From positions 64,001-128,000 of IMG/VR virus record IMGVR_UViG_3300021964_000018: a stretch of DNA of 64,000 bases. One strand, written 5' to 3'. The first letter of the stretch is position 1; every line of letters starts with the position of its first letter. The notes under the pieces are model-generated. The model was not told the origin of the DNA, did not search any database, and saw nothing but the letters and a program-made list of their open reading frames with translations. This DNA is from a virus. A program made the position numbers and the translations under genes. Shown one piece after another: positions 20,448 through 30,485 of the stretch.

Positions 20448-23400
20448 ATGCCAGTTCTTATCCCCCCACCGACCAAATTCGTCGGGCTTCATTGTCACTC
20501 AGGATTTAGCGTTTATGATGGTCTAGGTTATCCTGCTGATCATATTGATTTTGTGCTTGAAAATGGCATGGATGCCTGGGCTTTAACCGACCATGGAAAC
20601 GGTTCCGGTCTCGCACACGCACATAAACATGCCGAAAAACTCAGAAAGAAAGGTGTCAAGTATCGACAAATTTATGGTTGTGAATTTTATTTTGTGCCGT
20701 CGCTAAAACAATGGCGCGGTGATTATGAACAAGCAAAAATTGACCGTGCTGCTGCAAAACAAAAAGCAATCAAAGAAGAAGAGGAAGGTGGTCATATTAT
20801 TGAAAACGAAGAAGAAACCAAAACCTTTAAACTATCGAATGATGAATGGAAACGACGTTATCACTTGGTGATCACTGCGCAAAACGCCGAAGGTTTATCC
20901 AATCTCTTTACTCTGATTAAACGCGCCTATACAGATGGTTTCTACAGATATCCTCGAATTGATTTTGATCTTCTTAAAAAATATGGACGCGGTTTAAATG
21001 TGTCGACAGCTTGTCTTGGCGGCATATATTCAAATCGTATTATGCGTGGCAATGCGCTCAAATTATCAGACGAACAAATTCAATCTGAACTGTTGCAGCT
21101 ATCTGATCGTTTTGTTGATGCTGTCGGCGAAGATAATTTTTATCTTGAAGTTCAATTTAATCGACTTAAACAACAACACCTGGTAAATCATCATCTACTT
21201 CGACATGCTGATCAAACTGGTATTCCTCTTTTAGCAACAGCTGATTCTCATTACTATAGCCCGGATAAGTGGGAGGCGCGCGAATTGTATAAAAAACTTG
21301 GTTGGATGGGTGCTGATCCTAGTCCGCTACCTGAGTTTGAAGATTTAAAATGCGAACTATACCCTAAGAACGCAGAACAAATGTGGGGTGAGTTTACAAG
21401 ACATTATGATGAATACGAAGATACATACAAAGGTTATGAAGAAAAAATTAAAGGTGCCATTGAAAGATCGTATGAAATTGCCTGGGATAAATGCGAAGAC
21501 TGTTGGATTGATACTTCTGTTAAGCTTCCCGATTTTAACTCTCCTGAGTCGTCAGCTTTTCAAAAGCTGGGAAAAAAGGTCAAAGAGGCGCTTGTCAAAG
21601 AAGAATTGCACAAAAAACCAGAATATGTCGCCCGAGCAAAGGCAGAATTAGAAGATATCAAATACTTAGGATTTGAAAACTATTTCTTGGTGATGAATGA
21701 GGTATTTCATAAGGCGGCTGACCATACGCTGTTTGGTCCTGCCCGTGGTTCTGGTGGCGGTTCTTTGGTTAATTATTTGTTGGGAATTACTCAGGTTGAC
21801 CCGCTTAAATACGACCTTCTTTGGGAGCGGTTTCTCGGAAGACATCGAACATCTTGGCCTGACATTGATTCTGACGCTGGCGATCGCGATGCTCTTATAA
21901 ATGCAGCCCGAGAACTCTACGGTAATGAAGCTGTTATTCCTGTTTCAAACTTTAACACTCTTAAGCTTAAATCGCTAGTAAAAGATATTGCCAAGTTCTA
22001 TGGCATTGATTTTGGCGAAGTAAATAAAATGACCGGTCCATTACAAAGTGAAGTAATGGCTCAAGCACGCGATGAAAACACAGAAAAATCTGTGTTTGTC
22101 CTTAAACATGCGGATTGCATGAAATATTCAAAAGGCTATCGTGAGTTTATGGAAAAATATCCAAAAGTCAAAGATCACCTTGAAGCCTTATTCATGCAGA
22201 ACAGATCGGTTGGGCGTCATGCTGGCGGTGTTATTATTGGTCCACCCGAAGACCTTGAAAGGTCAATGCCTATTATCGGTGTTCGTGGTGAATTACAAAC
22301 TCCTTGGACGGAAGGTATGAACTTCAGAAATCTTGAGGATAATGGTTTTATTAAGTTTGACTTTCTTGGTTTGACGCTATTAAAAGACGTAGAAAACTGT
22401 ATTAGTCGAATTATTACTCGTGAAACAGGTAAGAAACCAACATTTCTCGAAATACGTGATTGGTTTGATAAACATCTAAATTGTCGTTATGTCACACAAG
22501 ATGATGAAAAGGTTTGGAAACATGTTTATCATCAACGAAGAAAAACAGGTGTCTTTCAATTTACTGCTGAAGGTGCTCGTAAGTTCTGTGAAAATGCCAA
22601 ACCAACTACAATTGAAGAATTAGCAGCATTAACAGCAATCTATCGTCCCGGTCCTCTTCGTGCTAATGTTCATAAAAAATATGTAAAGGATAAAGCCAAT
22701 GCGGAAAACATTGAATATGCACATCCTATTATTAAAGAAATCCTAGGCACGACTTTTGGTCATGTTACGTTTCAAGAACAGTTCATGCTTCTTGCACAGA
22801 AGCTAGGTGGATTCTCTCCGGCTGAATCTGATAAACTTAGAAAGACGTTAGTTAAAAAGTCATTGGATACTATGGGTAAGAAAGGTGATGAACGTGAAGC
22901 TGCTCGAATTAAATTCGTAACCGGTGCCAAAGAAATCAATGGTGTTCCGGAGCATGTATCACAAGAGTTATGGGAACGTATTGAATTCTTCTCGGTTTAT
23001 GGTTTCAATAAGTCTCATGCTATTGCCTATGCTTTGGATTCTTATTATGCAGCATGGTTGCATACTTATTATGAAACTGACTGGCTAGGTACTATTCTGG
23101 AATCCGAGAATAACAATCCTGATGCTTTGGCAAAGGCGATTAGTGAAATTAAGGCTATGGGCTTTGAAGTATCTACACCGGACATTAATGAATCAGGAAT
23201 TGCATGGACATGGTCCGAAAATAAAAAGGCGTTTATTCCACCCTTAACTTCGATTAAAGGTCTTGGTAAAAATGCTGTGAAAGAAATATTTGAAAATCGA
23301 CCTTACGAGTCAATTGATCAAATGTTATTTAATGAAGAAGGCAAATGGTATCACTCTAAACTTAACAAAACTGGATTTGCTGCATTGTGCAAGGTTGAGG

Positions 23401-23960
23401 CATTACATTCACTAAAAGAAATGTGGGATGGAACGATTAAAAATCACCGTCAGCTGCATGAAATTATTATTGAAAATTATGTTCTGCTTAAAAAATCTCG
23501 ATGGGGTATGACAATTCGTCAGGCCCAAAAGAAAGATGCACCTGACTTTTTCTTGCAATTAATTGATGATACAGCTGAAATTGAAGATTGGAATCGATTA
23601 GAAAAACTACAAATGTATCAGGATTTATGTTCAGCGACTCGTGATGACCTCGCATTTCCTGAAGAAATGTTAACTAAAATTCAATCATCAGGCGTCAAAT
23701 CAGTTTTACAGTTCGCGCCTGGTGAAAAATCAATTGGTTGGTTTTGTGTGATTGAATGGATTAAAAAGACAACCAAGAATAAGAAAACCTTTTATCGAAT
23801 TAAGATAACTGATAATCAAAATAATACAGGTTGGCTTCGAATGTGGGGTAATAAGCCTAGTTCAATGACTCCTTATTCTATCTGGCTGACTAAGGCGCAT
23901 AATGATCCGAATTGGGGTGCTTCAACAAGTGTCGCAAAAGTAAGACCTTTAATTGTGTAA
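20448..23960 (+). CDS. dnaE: DNA polymerase III alpha subunit (C family)
   Basis: PHP domain (LHCHS, ALTDHG, ADSHY); PARGSGGGSL, ERFL, PDIDSD, HAGG, KFDFLGL, YGFNKSHA motifs. Confidence 0.95.
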   Translation: MPVLIPPPTKFVGLHCHSGFSVYDGLGYPADHIDFVLENGMDAWALTDHGNGSGLAHAHKHAEKLRKKGVKYRQIYGCEFYFVPSLKQWRGDYEQAKIDRAAAKQKAIKEEEEGGHIIENEEETKTFKLSNDEWKRRYHLVITAQNAEGLSNLFTLIKRAYTDGFYRYPRIDFDLLKKYGRGLNVSTACLGGIYSNRIMRGNALKLSDEQIQSELLQLSDRFVDAVGEDNFYLEVQFNRLKQQHLVNHHLLRHADQTGIPLLATADSHYYSPDKWEARELYKKLGWMGADPSPLPEFEDLKCELYPKNAEQMWGEFTRHYDEYEDTYKGYEEKIKGAIERSYEIAWDKCEDCWIDTSVKLPDFNSPESSAFQKLGKKVKEALVKEELHKKPEYVARAKAELEDIKYLGFENYFLVMNEVFHKAADHTLFGPARGSGGGSLVNYLLGITQVDPLKYDLLWERFLGRHRTSWPDIDSDAGDRDALINAARELYGNEAVIPVSNFNTLKLKSLVKDIAKFYGIDFGEVNKMTGPLQSEVMAQARDENTEKSVFVLKHADCMKYSKGYREFMEKYPKVKDHLEALFMQNRSVGRHAGGVIIGPPEDLERSMPIIGVRGELQTPWTEGMNFRNLEDNGFIKFDFLGLTLLKDVENCISRIITRETGKKPTFLEIRDWFDKHLNCRYVTQDDEKVWKHVYHQRRKTGVFQFTAEGARKFCENAKPTTIEELAALTAIYRPGPLRANVHKKYVKDKANAENIEYAHPIIKEILGTTFGHVTFQEQFMLLAQKLGGFSPAESDKLRKTLVKKSLDTMGKKGDEREAARIKFVTGAKEINGVPEHVSQELWERIEFFSVYGFNKSHAIAYALDSYYAAWLHTYYETDWLGTILESENNNPDALAKAISEIKAMGFEVSTPDINESGIAWTWSENKKAFIPPLTSIKGLGKNAVKEIFENRPYESIDQMLFNEEGKWYHSKLNKTGFAALCKVEALHSLKEMWDGTIKNHRQLHEIIIENYVLLKKSRWGMTIRQAQKKDAPDFFLQLIDDTAEIEDWNRLEKLQMYQDLCSATRDDLAFPEEMLTKIQSSGVKSVLQFAPGEKSIGWFCVIEWIKKTTKNKKTFYRIKITDNQNNTGWLRMWGNKPSSMTPYSIWLTKAHNDPNWGASTSVAKVRPLIV

Positions 23961-23983
23961 ATTAAAAATATTTTAATTAAAAT
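23956..23983 (+). promoter_or_regulatory. TGTAAA-N16-TAAAAT promoter
   Basis: Recurring motif upstream of an AAGGAG SD. Confidence 0.6.
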
Positions 23984-24003
23984 AATACTAAAAGGAGTTT
24001 TTA

Positions 24004-24900
24004 ATGGTTAAGTTTCCTATTGAAAAAATTATAATTGAAGGTCCAGATTTAGCTGGAAAAACAACATTGCTTAATAAAATGCATGATATATCAAAATTCC
24101 GCTGGAATATACAAGATCGTTCTGCATTATCAATGCTAATTTATGCAAAAATGTATAATCGAGATACGTTTCACTTAGTTGAAAATCTTAAAAAAGAACT
24201 GTTTAATCTTAACAATCAAATTGTTTTATTACTACCACCTTTTGAAGTTTTATCAAAAAGGTTTCAAAAACGTGGTGATCCAATACAAAATTTAATATCA
24301 TTGCGAAAGCTTCATAAGCTATTTTCAGAATTTGAAGAAGAATATGGATCTTTACCAAACGTAACAGTTGTTAAAAAAGAAATTAGTGATCATGATTATA
24401 AATCAATTGTAGGTCGTTATCTTGCAATGGAACAACATGCTACAATACATCAATTTCCTGCTATGTGTGTTAATGCTGCTAATACACAGGATAACAAAGA
24501 AGTCGTTGGCCTTAGGTTTACTTATTTTGATGATGGCCAATTCACAGATGTTATTCCAGAACTTATGGAGTATAAAGGGGAAAAAGAATATTATCTTAAA
24601 ATTAGAGAAAAGTTGCATTATAAAATGATGCAAAATCATACTGACAGCCAAGATGTTTCTTCTAGAAGAATAATTTATAGCGATGATAGTTGTATTTCTT
24701 TGGCACATTTTTTAATACGTGAACAAATGTTTGATGCTAAGTTTTTTCTGCGATCATCAAATGTAAAAGATACTTTGAAATATGATATTAATTTTATTCA
24801 TTTTCTAACTAGTCATGTATATCAATCTTATCATTGCAATCAGCCTGTGAAAATAGAACTGACGTTAAACTCGGCACATATTTGTGATAGAATAGATTAG
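24004..24900 (+). CDS. dNMP (thymidylate) kinase fused to a thymidylate-synthase-like domain
   Basis: IIIEGPDLAGKTT, DRS, R..RGD; C-terminal SRR...SCISLAHF..R.......RSSN.....YD resembles the TS-fold core. Confidence 0.7.
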   Translation: MVKFPIEKIIIEGPDLAGKTTLLNKMHDISKFRWNIQDRSALSMLIYAKMYNRDTFHLVENLKKELFNLNNQIVLLLPPFEVLSKRFQKRGDPIQNLISLRKLHKLFSEFEEEYGSLPNVTVVKKEISDHDYKSIVGRYLAMEQHATIHQFPAMCVNAANTQDNKEVVGLRFTYFDDGQFTDVIPELMEYKGEKEYYLKIREKLHYKMMQNHTDSQDVSSRRIIYSDDSCISLAHFLIREQMFDAKFFLRSSNVKDTLKYDINFIHFLTSHVYQSYHCNQPVKIELTLNSAHICDRID

Positions 24901-24902
24901 TT

Positions 24903-25061
24903 ATGAAAAATGATAAGCTTTGGTTATTAATTGATGGCGTACTAAAAAAACTGCATCATGCAAAATTTTGGGCTACTTCTATTGATCCTCACAAAGAAGA
25001 TATAATAAAAGCAATAGAAGCTTTAGAATCTGCAAGAAAGAAAATTGAGGAAGAAAAATGA
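24903..25061 (+). CDS. Small hypothetical protein (52 aa, absent from ORF track)
   Basis: MKNDKLWLLIDG...EEEK*; fills the gap and has an ATGA overlap with dut. Confidence 0.5.
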   Translation: MKNDKLWLLIDGVLKKLHHAKFWATSIDPHKEDIIKAIEALESARKKIEEEK

Positions 25062-25468
25062 AAATTAATATTAAAAAACTGCATCCAAATGCAGTGATCC
25101 CTGCATATGCAAAACAAGGTGATGCAGGTATGGATTTAACAGCAATCGGAATAAAAGAAACCGGTTCTCACATCACATATCATACAGGTTTGGCAATAGA
25201 AATCCCAAGAGGTTATGTGGGTTTATTGTTTCCTAGAAGCTCAATCTATAAAACAGATCAGACACTAACAAATTCAGTAGGCGTTATTGATAGCGGGTAT
25301 CGAGGTGAAATTATGATGAAATTTACTCGAGGAATTAATCATTATTGTATTGGTGATAGAATTGGTCAAATTATGATTTTACCTTATCCGCAAATTGAAT
25401 TTGAAGAAGTTGATCAACTTTCAACTTCAGAAAGAGGGGCTAATGGCTATGGAAGCACAGGAGCCTAA
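25058..25468 (+). CDS. dut: Trimeric dUTPase
   Basis: AGMDL, PRSS, GVIDSGYRGEI, RIGQ, RG.NGYGSTG motifs. Confidence 0.95.
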   Translation: MKINIKKLHPNAVIPAYAKQGDAGMDLTAIGIKETGSHITYHTGLAIEIPRGYVGLLFPRSSIYKTDQTLTNSVGVIDSGYRGEIMMKFTRGINHYCIGDRIGQIMILPYPQIEFEEVDQLSTSERGANGYGSTGA

Positions 25469-25682
25469 TCTAAATTCAGAAGCATATGAATATATTATTT
25501 ATGAGAATAATAAACTAATAGTTTTTCCTTCACCTTCTGGTATGCACGCAGGAATGAAAAGACATTATTATTTTAAAAAAGTTTTTAATGAATATCATTT
25601 GACAATTGTAAATAGGAAATCTTGGGAAAAATTAAAAAATCAATATAAAGTAAAAGTTTTAAAAATTAAGGAGAAAGAATGA
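25449..25682 (+). CDS. Hypothetical protein
   Basis: Tiles between dut and the epimerase. Confidence 0.45.
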   Translation: MEAQEPNLNSEAYEYIIYENNKLIVFPSPSGMHAGMKRHYYFKKVFNEYHLTIVNRKSWEKLKNQYKVKVLKIKEKE

Positions 25683-26710
25683 AAAAAGCACTCGTAACAG
25701 GTGGCTGCGGATTTATCGGTAGTAATCTTACAAAAGAATTAATAAAACAAGGTTGGCAAGTCGATATTGTTGATGACATGTCTAATGGTCATTTAGAGTT
25801 GTTAGGCGGTTTAAAATTTAAAACGCTTCCAAATGCATCTTTTGTTTATCATTTTATGAATCAGATGAAAGGAAAAACACAAAGGGCTAAGAATACTGTG
25901 CTTGTAATTCAAGATGATTTTGCTGCACCAGCGCTTCTTGATTATATTGAAACAAATGCTTACGATGTAATATTTCACCAAGCAGCAGTTCCGAGAGTAA
26001 GTTATTCAGTTGAGTTTCCTTATGAAACTACAATTAATAACATTGCAAAAACTGTATCACTTTTCGATGCTGCTAAAGGTCATGTTAAAAGAATTGTTAA
26101 TGCATCATCTTCATCAGTTTATGGCGGGGCTGATAAATTACCTACTAAGGAAAGTGAAAATCAAAAAAGCCCAAAGTCTCCTTATGCATGGCAAAAAAGT
26201 GCGATTGAAGATTATTCAAAAATCTGTGCCGATTTATATGATTTAGACATTGTAAATTTAAGATATTTTAATGTTTTCGGCCCAGGTCAATATGGTAATA
26301 GTCCTTATTCAACGGCGGTGTCTGCATGGTGTCATGCAATTAAAAATGGATTAGAATGTAGATCTGACGGTGATGGAGAGCAAACCCGCGATATGTGTTA
26401 TATAGACAATATTGTATCAGCTAATATTTTAGCAGCATATGCAACCGGAAAATTTAAAGGTTTGGCATATAATGTTGCATGTGGAGACAGGGTCTCAAAC
26501 AATGAAATTTTAAATTATCTTAAAAACCAGTTTGGAGATCGAGTTAAAGTAAAAAATGCTCCAGAAAGACCAGGTGATGTAAAACATACACAGGCAGATA
26601 TCAGTTGTGCAACACAAGATTTTGGTTATAAACCTCTTGTTCAGTTTTGGGAAGGTTTGGAAAGAACAATCGAGTGGTGGGAAATAAAACCTGACGAATC
26701 AAATAAATAG
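25679..26710 (+). CDS. NDP-sugar 4-epimerase (GalE/WbpP-like SDR)
   Basis: VTGGCGFIGS, HQAA, ASSSSVYG, SPYAWQK, LRYFNVFGP, GDGEQTRD, RPGDV. Confidence 0.9.
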   Translation: MKKALVTGGCGFIGSNLTKELIKQGWQVDIVDDMSNGHLELLGGLKFKTLPNASFVYHFMNQMKGKTQRAKNTVLVIQDDFAAPALLDYIETNAYDVIFHQAAVPRVSYSVEFPYETTINNIAKTVSLFDAAKGHVKRIVNASSSSVYGGADKLPTKESENQKSPKSPYAWQKSAIEDYSKICADLYDLDIVNLRYFNVFGPGQYGNSPYSTAVSAWCHAIKNGLECRSDGDGEQTRDMCYIDNIVSANILAAYATGKFKGLAYNVACGDRVSNNEILNYLKNQFGDRVKVKNAPERPGDVKHTQADISCATQDFGYKPLVQFWEGLERTIEWWEIKPDESNK

Positions 26711-26736
26711 TAATAGACTTTATCCCGGAGGATTAA

Positions 26737-27579
26737 ATGAAACTTGAACCATCACTTGTTGATTGTGTAATTTATCACGCAAATTGTACAGATGGTTTCG
26801 GTGCTGCATACTCAGCATGGAAGCTTTTAGGAAATCGTGCTGAGTATCATGCATGTGTGCATGGCCAAAAGCCACCTGACGTCAAAGGAAAGAATGTTGT
26901 TATACTTGATTTCTCCTTTGACAATAAAACAACTAAAAAATTAATTGAAAAAGCAGAAAACCTTTTAATTATCGATCATCACAAATCTGCAATGGTTGAA
27001 TTACACGATATCAGCAATACACATTTTGACATGACAAAGTCAGGAGCAATGTTATCATGGGAATGGTTTCACCCAGGAAAAGAGCCACCTAAGTTTATTC
27101 AATATATCATGGATAGAGACTTATGGAAATGGGAATTGCCATACTCGAAAGAATTTTCAGCTGCGTTTGATATGGTACCTTATGAATTTGAAGAATTTGA
27201 AAAGTTTGAAGATGATTCAGTTTTTGATGATGCAGTTAAGCGAGGAAGTTTTATTCTTGCATATTCAAAAACTGTAATTAAAAAAGTTTGTGATAAAGCT
27301 GTGCCTAAAAAATTAGACAATAGTAATGTCATGGTCGTTAACAGTTCTCATTGGATGTCAGAAATTGGTGCAAGATTAGCTCCTGACTGTGATTATGCAC
27401 TTATTTGGTATTATGATCATGCAGTTCAAGAATGTCGGGTAAGCCTTCGCGCATTTCATGATAATGTCGATGTTTCAGAAGTAGCCAAAAAGTTTGGAGG
27501 CGGTGGCCACAAGAAGGCTGCTGGTTTTACGTTAAAAGGAAAAATGGTAATTGATGATATTTTTGACAAGGAAAAATAA
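26737..27579 (+). CDS. DHH/DHHA1 phosphoesterase
   Basis: YH..C.DG, LDFS, IDHH, D.DLW, SLR, GGGGH..AAGF. Confidence 0.9.
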   Translation: MKLEPSLVDCVIYHANCTDGFGAAYSAWKLLGNRAEYHACVHGQKPPDVKGKNVVILDFSFDNKTTKKLIEKAENLLIIDHHKSAMVELHDISNTHFDMTKSGAMLSWEWFHPGKEPPKFIQYIMDRDLWKWELPYSKEFSAAFDMVPYEFEEFEKFEDDSVFDDAVKRGSFILAYSKTVIKKVCDKAVPKKLDNSNVMVVNSSHWMSEIGARLAPDCDYALIWYYDHAVQECRVSLRAFHDNVDVSEVAKKFGGGGHKKAAGFTLKGKMVIDDIFDKEK

Positions 27580-28188
27580 ATGTTAACGGCAATGGGCGAC
27601 GTTATGCGAAAAGCACACGAAAAAGGATGGATTACAACAAGAGATGGTAATGTATCTGTTAAAATGACAGGAAAAGATATCCTATATATAACACCTTCTG
27701 GTTGGCGAAAGACAATATTGCATCCTGAACATATTATTAAAGTTAAATTTACCCCTGCAGGTTTAAACGTTCCAGAAGGAACAACACCTTCTGGGGAATT
27801 GCATATGCATTCAAAGCTTCAACGGTTTGCAAAATATACGAGATCGGTTGTTCACCTTCACCCCACAAATATTATTGCAGCAATGTATGCCGGCTGGAAT
27901 TTGCAATCGTTGGCAGCAGAATTTCCTGAGGTATCACGTTATACAAGGGTTGGACCAACTGTTCCAGTTCTTCCTGTCACGTCGAATATACTTGCTGAAG
28001 AAACATTTGAGGCTTTTACTGATTTTGAAGGTACCGGATCTAATAAACTTAAGTTTGATATTGTTGGTCAAAAAAATCATGGAGTTTGTGCAGTAGGCGC
28101 AAATCCATGGGATGCTTATGAACATATTGAAAGGTTAGAACACATTTGTGAAATAGCCTTAAAAAGTGGAAGAAGACCTAATGAATAG
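27580..28188 (+). CDS. Class II aldolase/adducin family protein
   Basis: GNVS, ITPSG, PSGE..MH, VVHLHP, NHG. Confidence 0.85.
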   Translation: MLTAMGDVMRKAHEKGWITTRDGNVSVKMTGKDILYITPSGWRKTILHPEHIIKVKFTPAGLNVPEGTTPSGELHMHSKLQRFAKYTRSVVHLHPTNIIAAMYAGWNLQSLAAEFPEVSRYTRVGPTVPVLPVTSNILAEETFEAFTDFEGTGSNKLKFDIVGQKNHGVCAVGANPWDAYEHIERLEHICEIALKSGRRPNE

Positions 28189-28591
28189 ACCAGAATGGGA
28201 TGATATATGGATGGGTTTTGCTCAAAGTATTGCTAAGAGATCTTGTGATTCAAAATATCAAGTTGGTGCCGTCGTTGTAAATTCAGAAAACACACAAGTT
28301 CTTTCAATAGGATATAATGGTGATCAAAAAGGTGGGTCAAATCAAAGGGACTCTACTGAAACCGGTCAATCAGGATTTATTCATGCAGAAATCAATGCAT
28401 TAATTAAGATGGACTATAATAACCCATGTAAGAAAAAAATGTATTTGACTCTTTCGCCTTGTGAAGTCTGTGCAAAAGCAATCGTCAATGCAGGAATAAC
28501 AGCAGTCGTTTATTCTAAAGAATATGAGCACGGAAAAAAAGGAATATCTATTTTAAATGATGCAGGAATAGTGGTAAGAAACATTAAATGA
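28181..28591 (+). CDS. dCMP deaminase
   Basis: RP.WD, VGAV, GYNG, HAEINA, PCEVC. Confidence 0.9.
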   Translation: MNRPEWDDIWMGFAQSIAKRSCDSKYQVGAVVVNSENTQVLSIGYNGDQKGGSNQRDSTETGQSGFIHAEINALIKMDYNNPCKKKMYLTLSPCEVCAKAIVNAGITAVVYSKEYEHGKKGISILNDAGIVVRNIK

Positions 28592-28619
28592 TGATAATTA
28601 ACTAATATAAGGTTGTGAT

Positions 28620-28886
28620 ATGAGTTATTTAAAAAAACATTTAGAAGAAAATTTGATCAAGATGGGAGGGAAAAAAATAAAAGATTCAATTTCTTTTATT
28701 AAGCCTTCTCTCTTGATTAAACATAAAGAAGCAGGTGTAAAGTATACAATTCAAAAGATATATTTTGATAAAAATCATAACCCTTTTGTTGTGTGTTATC
28801 GATATTATACACCTACAGAAAAATTTCAAAAAAAGGTCTTTGTTGTGTTAGATAAAGACGAGTTTAAAAATTATGAACCGGTATAA
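28620..28886 (+). CDS. Hypothetical protein
   Basis: ORF in operon. Confidence 0.5.
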   Translation: MSYLKKHLEENLIKMGGKKIKDSISFIKPSLLIKHKEAGVKYTIQKIYFDKNHNPFVVCYRYYTPTEKFQKKVFVVLDKDEFKNYEPV

Positions 28887-28888
28887 AT

Positions 28889-29590
28889 ATGGACATGTTA
28901 TTTAATCAAAAGGCAAAGCAAATCATTAAAGATACTCTTAAAACTAGTGAACAAGGATTAAATGAATCTTTTGTTTCGCAGGAAAAGCAATTTGATATCA
29001 ATACAGACTTTCTATCAGAAAAAAATATTAATAATCATAAAGAATTATATAAGAGTTATATTGAAAATTTCAATAAAGTCAGTGCAAAACTAGATTCAGC
29101 AGATAGGTCTAGTGCAGACAAAAATCATTCTGAGTTTCGTTCACTTAAACTTGACGAAACTTTTAATATGAACGGTGCTTATCTTCATGAATTATATTTT
29201 GCCAACATTGCAGATGCTAATTCTCAAATCAATATGGATTCTTTATCTTTTATGCGGATCAATAGAGACTTTGGCTCTTTCGATGCATGGCAAAAAGATT
29301 TGATCGCATGTGGTAAAAGTGCAAGAAATGGATGGGTTATTACATATTTGAACATGTATACACAATCTTATATGAATTGTTTTATTGACCTTCATTCTAA
29401 AAACGTACCGGTTGGAATGTATCCTGTTATTGTAATAGATATGTGGGATCATTCTTATTACAAAGATTATCTTAAAGACTCAAAAACATATTTGATTGCG
29501 ATGATGAAGCAATTAAAATGGAATGTTATTGAAGAAAGAATTAAAAAAGCAGATAAATTATTACAAGTTTTGAGAGGCCATGATGTATAG
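28889..29590 (+). CDS. Fe/Mn superoxide dismutase-like protein
   Basis: H..LY..Y, NG..LHELYF, FGSF..W, GW, H, DMWDHSYY.DY. Confidence 0.85.
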   Translation: MDMLFNQKAKQIIKDTLKTSEQGLNESFVSQEKQFDINTDFLSEKNINNHKELYKSYIENFNKVSAKLDSADRSSADKNHSEFRSLKLDETFNMNGAYLHELYFANIADANSQINMDSLSFMRINRDFGSFDAWQKDLIACGKSARNGWVITYLNMYTQSYMNCFIDLHSKNVPVGMYPVIVIDMWDHSYYKDYLKDSKTYLIAMMKQLKWNVIEERIKKADKLLQVLRGHDV

Positions 29591-30200
29591 AAAAAGATAT
29601 TTATTCGAACAAGAAGAAAAACCTCGAGGGGCCCCAGAAAAAGATATATATGTAAAGGATACTGAAATCAAGGCAAGGAAATCAAAGCATTCAGTCGACG
29701 ATCAAATTGATGCTTTGATTTTAAGATACGAAGCTAGTTCTTTGCAAGAAAAAGATAAAGAATTAAGTTTAATGGAAAGTTTATCAAAAAGGTCTTTAAA
29801 GTTTTTATTAGAACAAGAAGAAGAAGAAGAAGCCGCTGCTGAAGAAGAACCAGCTGAAGAAGCAGGAACTGAGCCGACAGGATCTGAAGAAATGAAAGCT
29901 TCGAAGCCAGGAAAACAAATTATTCCTGATCTGGATATCGATGCATTTGCTAGTCGAACCGTTCGTTTAATTAATAATCCAGAAGCTTTACTTGATATTA
30001 AAACTGCGATCGTCAATAGAATTAAAAACTTTTTAGATGAAAACTATGGTGATCAATTCGTAACCAGATATCTCAGTATTTTGGAAGAAGAATTTGGAAT
30101 AGAATCAACAGAATTTGATGATCAAGAAATGGAGCAAACTTCTGATGATACATTTGCTGTTGGCGCGAATCCTGCTGGAGCAGGAATGAGTGGAGGATAA
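29580..30200 (+). CDS. Acidic hypothetical protein (possible head core/scaffold)
   Basis: LFEQ/LMES/LLEQ motifs and a Glu-rich tract. Confidence 0.5.
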   Translation: MMYRKRYLFEQEEKPRGAPEKDIYVKDTEIKARKSKHSVDDQIDALILRYEASSLQEKDKELSLMESLSKRSLKFLLEQEEEEEAAAEEEPAEEAGTEPTGSEEMKASKPGKQIIPDLDIDAFASRTVRLINNPEALLDIKTAIVNRIKNFLDENYGDQFVTRYLSILEEEFGIESTEFDDQEMEQTSDDTFAVGANPAGAGMSGG

Positions 30201-30206
30201 GAAAAT

Positions 30207-30485
30207 ATGAAGCTTAAAAAATCACTTCATATTAACATGTCAAAAGACGTGCATTCAGAATTTAAGATTCAATGTATGCGCCGTGATCTTTCAATGCAAG
30301 AAGTAATCGAAGCTTTTGCATCACGTGTAGCAGATGAGTCAAATGATATGATGAGATTGCTCGAGCAAATAAAGAAAGATAAGCAAATTAAAGATGTTAA
30401 GCGTTATACAAAATCTGATGCCGATTCTTTATTTGCCATTTTAGAGTCAAATAACCCGTTTGGAGAAGAAGATGAGCGAGAATGA
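30207..30485 (+). CDS. Ribbon-helix-helix-like small protein
   Basis: KSLHINMSKDVH..FK..C....LSMQEVIE pattern. Confidence 0.45.
   Translation: MKLKKSLHINMSKDVHSEFKIQCMRRDLSMQEVIEAFASRVADESNDMMRLLEQIKKDKQIKDVKRYTKSDADSLFAILESNNPFGEEDERE

Noticed and set aside
20448-23960. Intein or intron in dnaE
   Set aside because: Length is normal for DnaE, motifs are contiguous, and no C...HN splice or LAGLIDADG blocks were seen.
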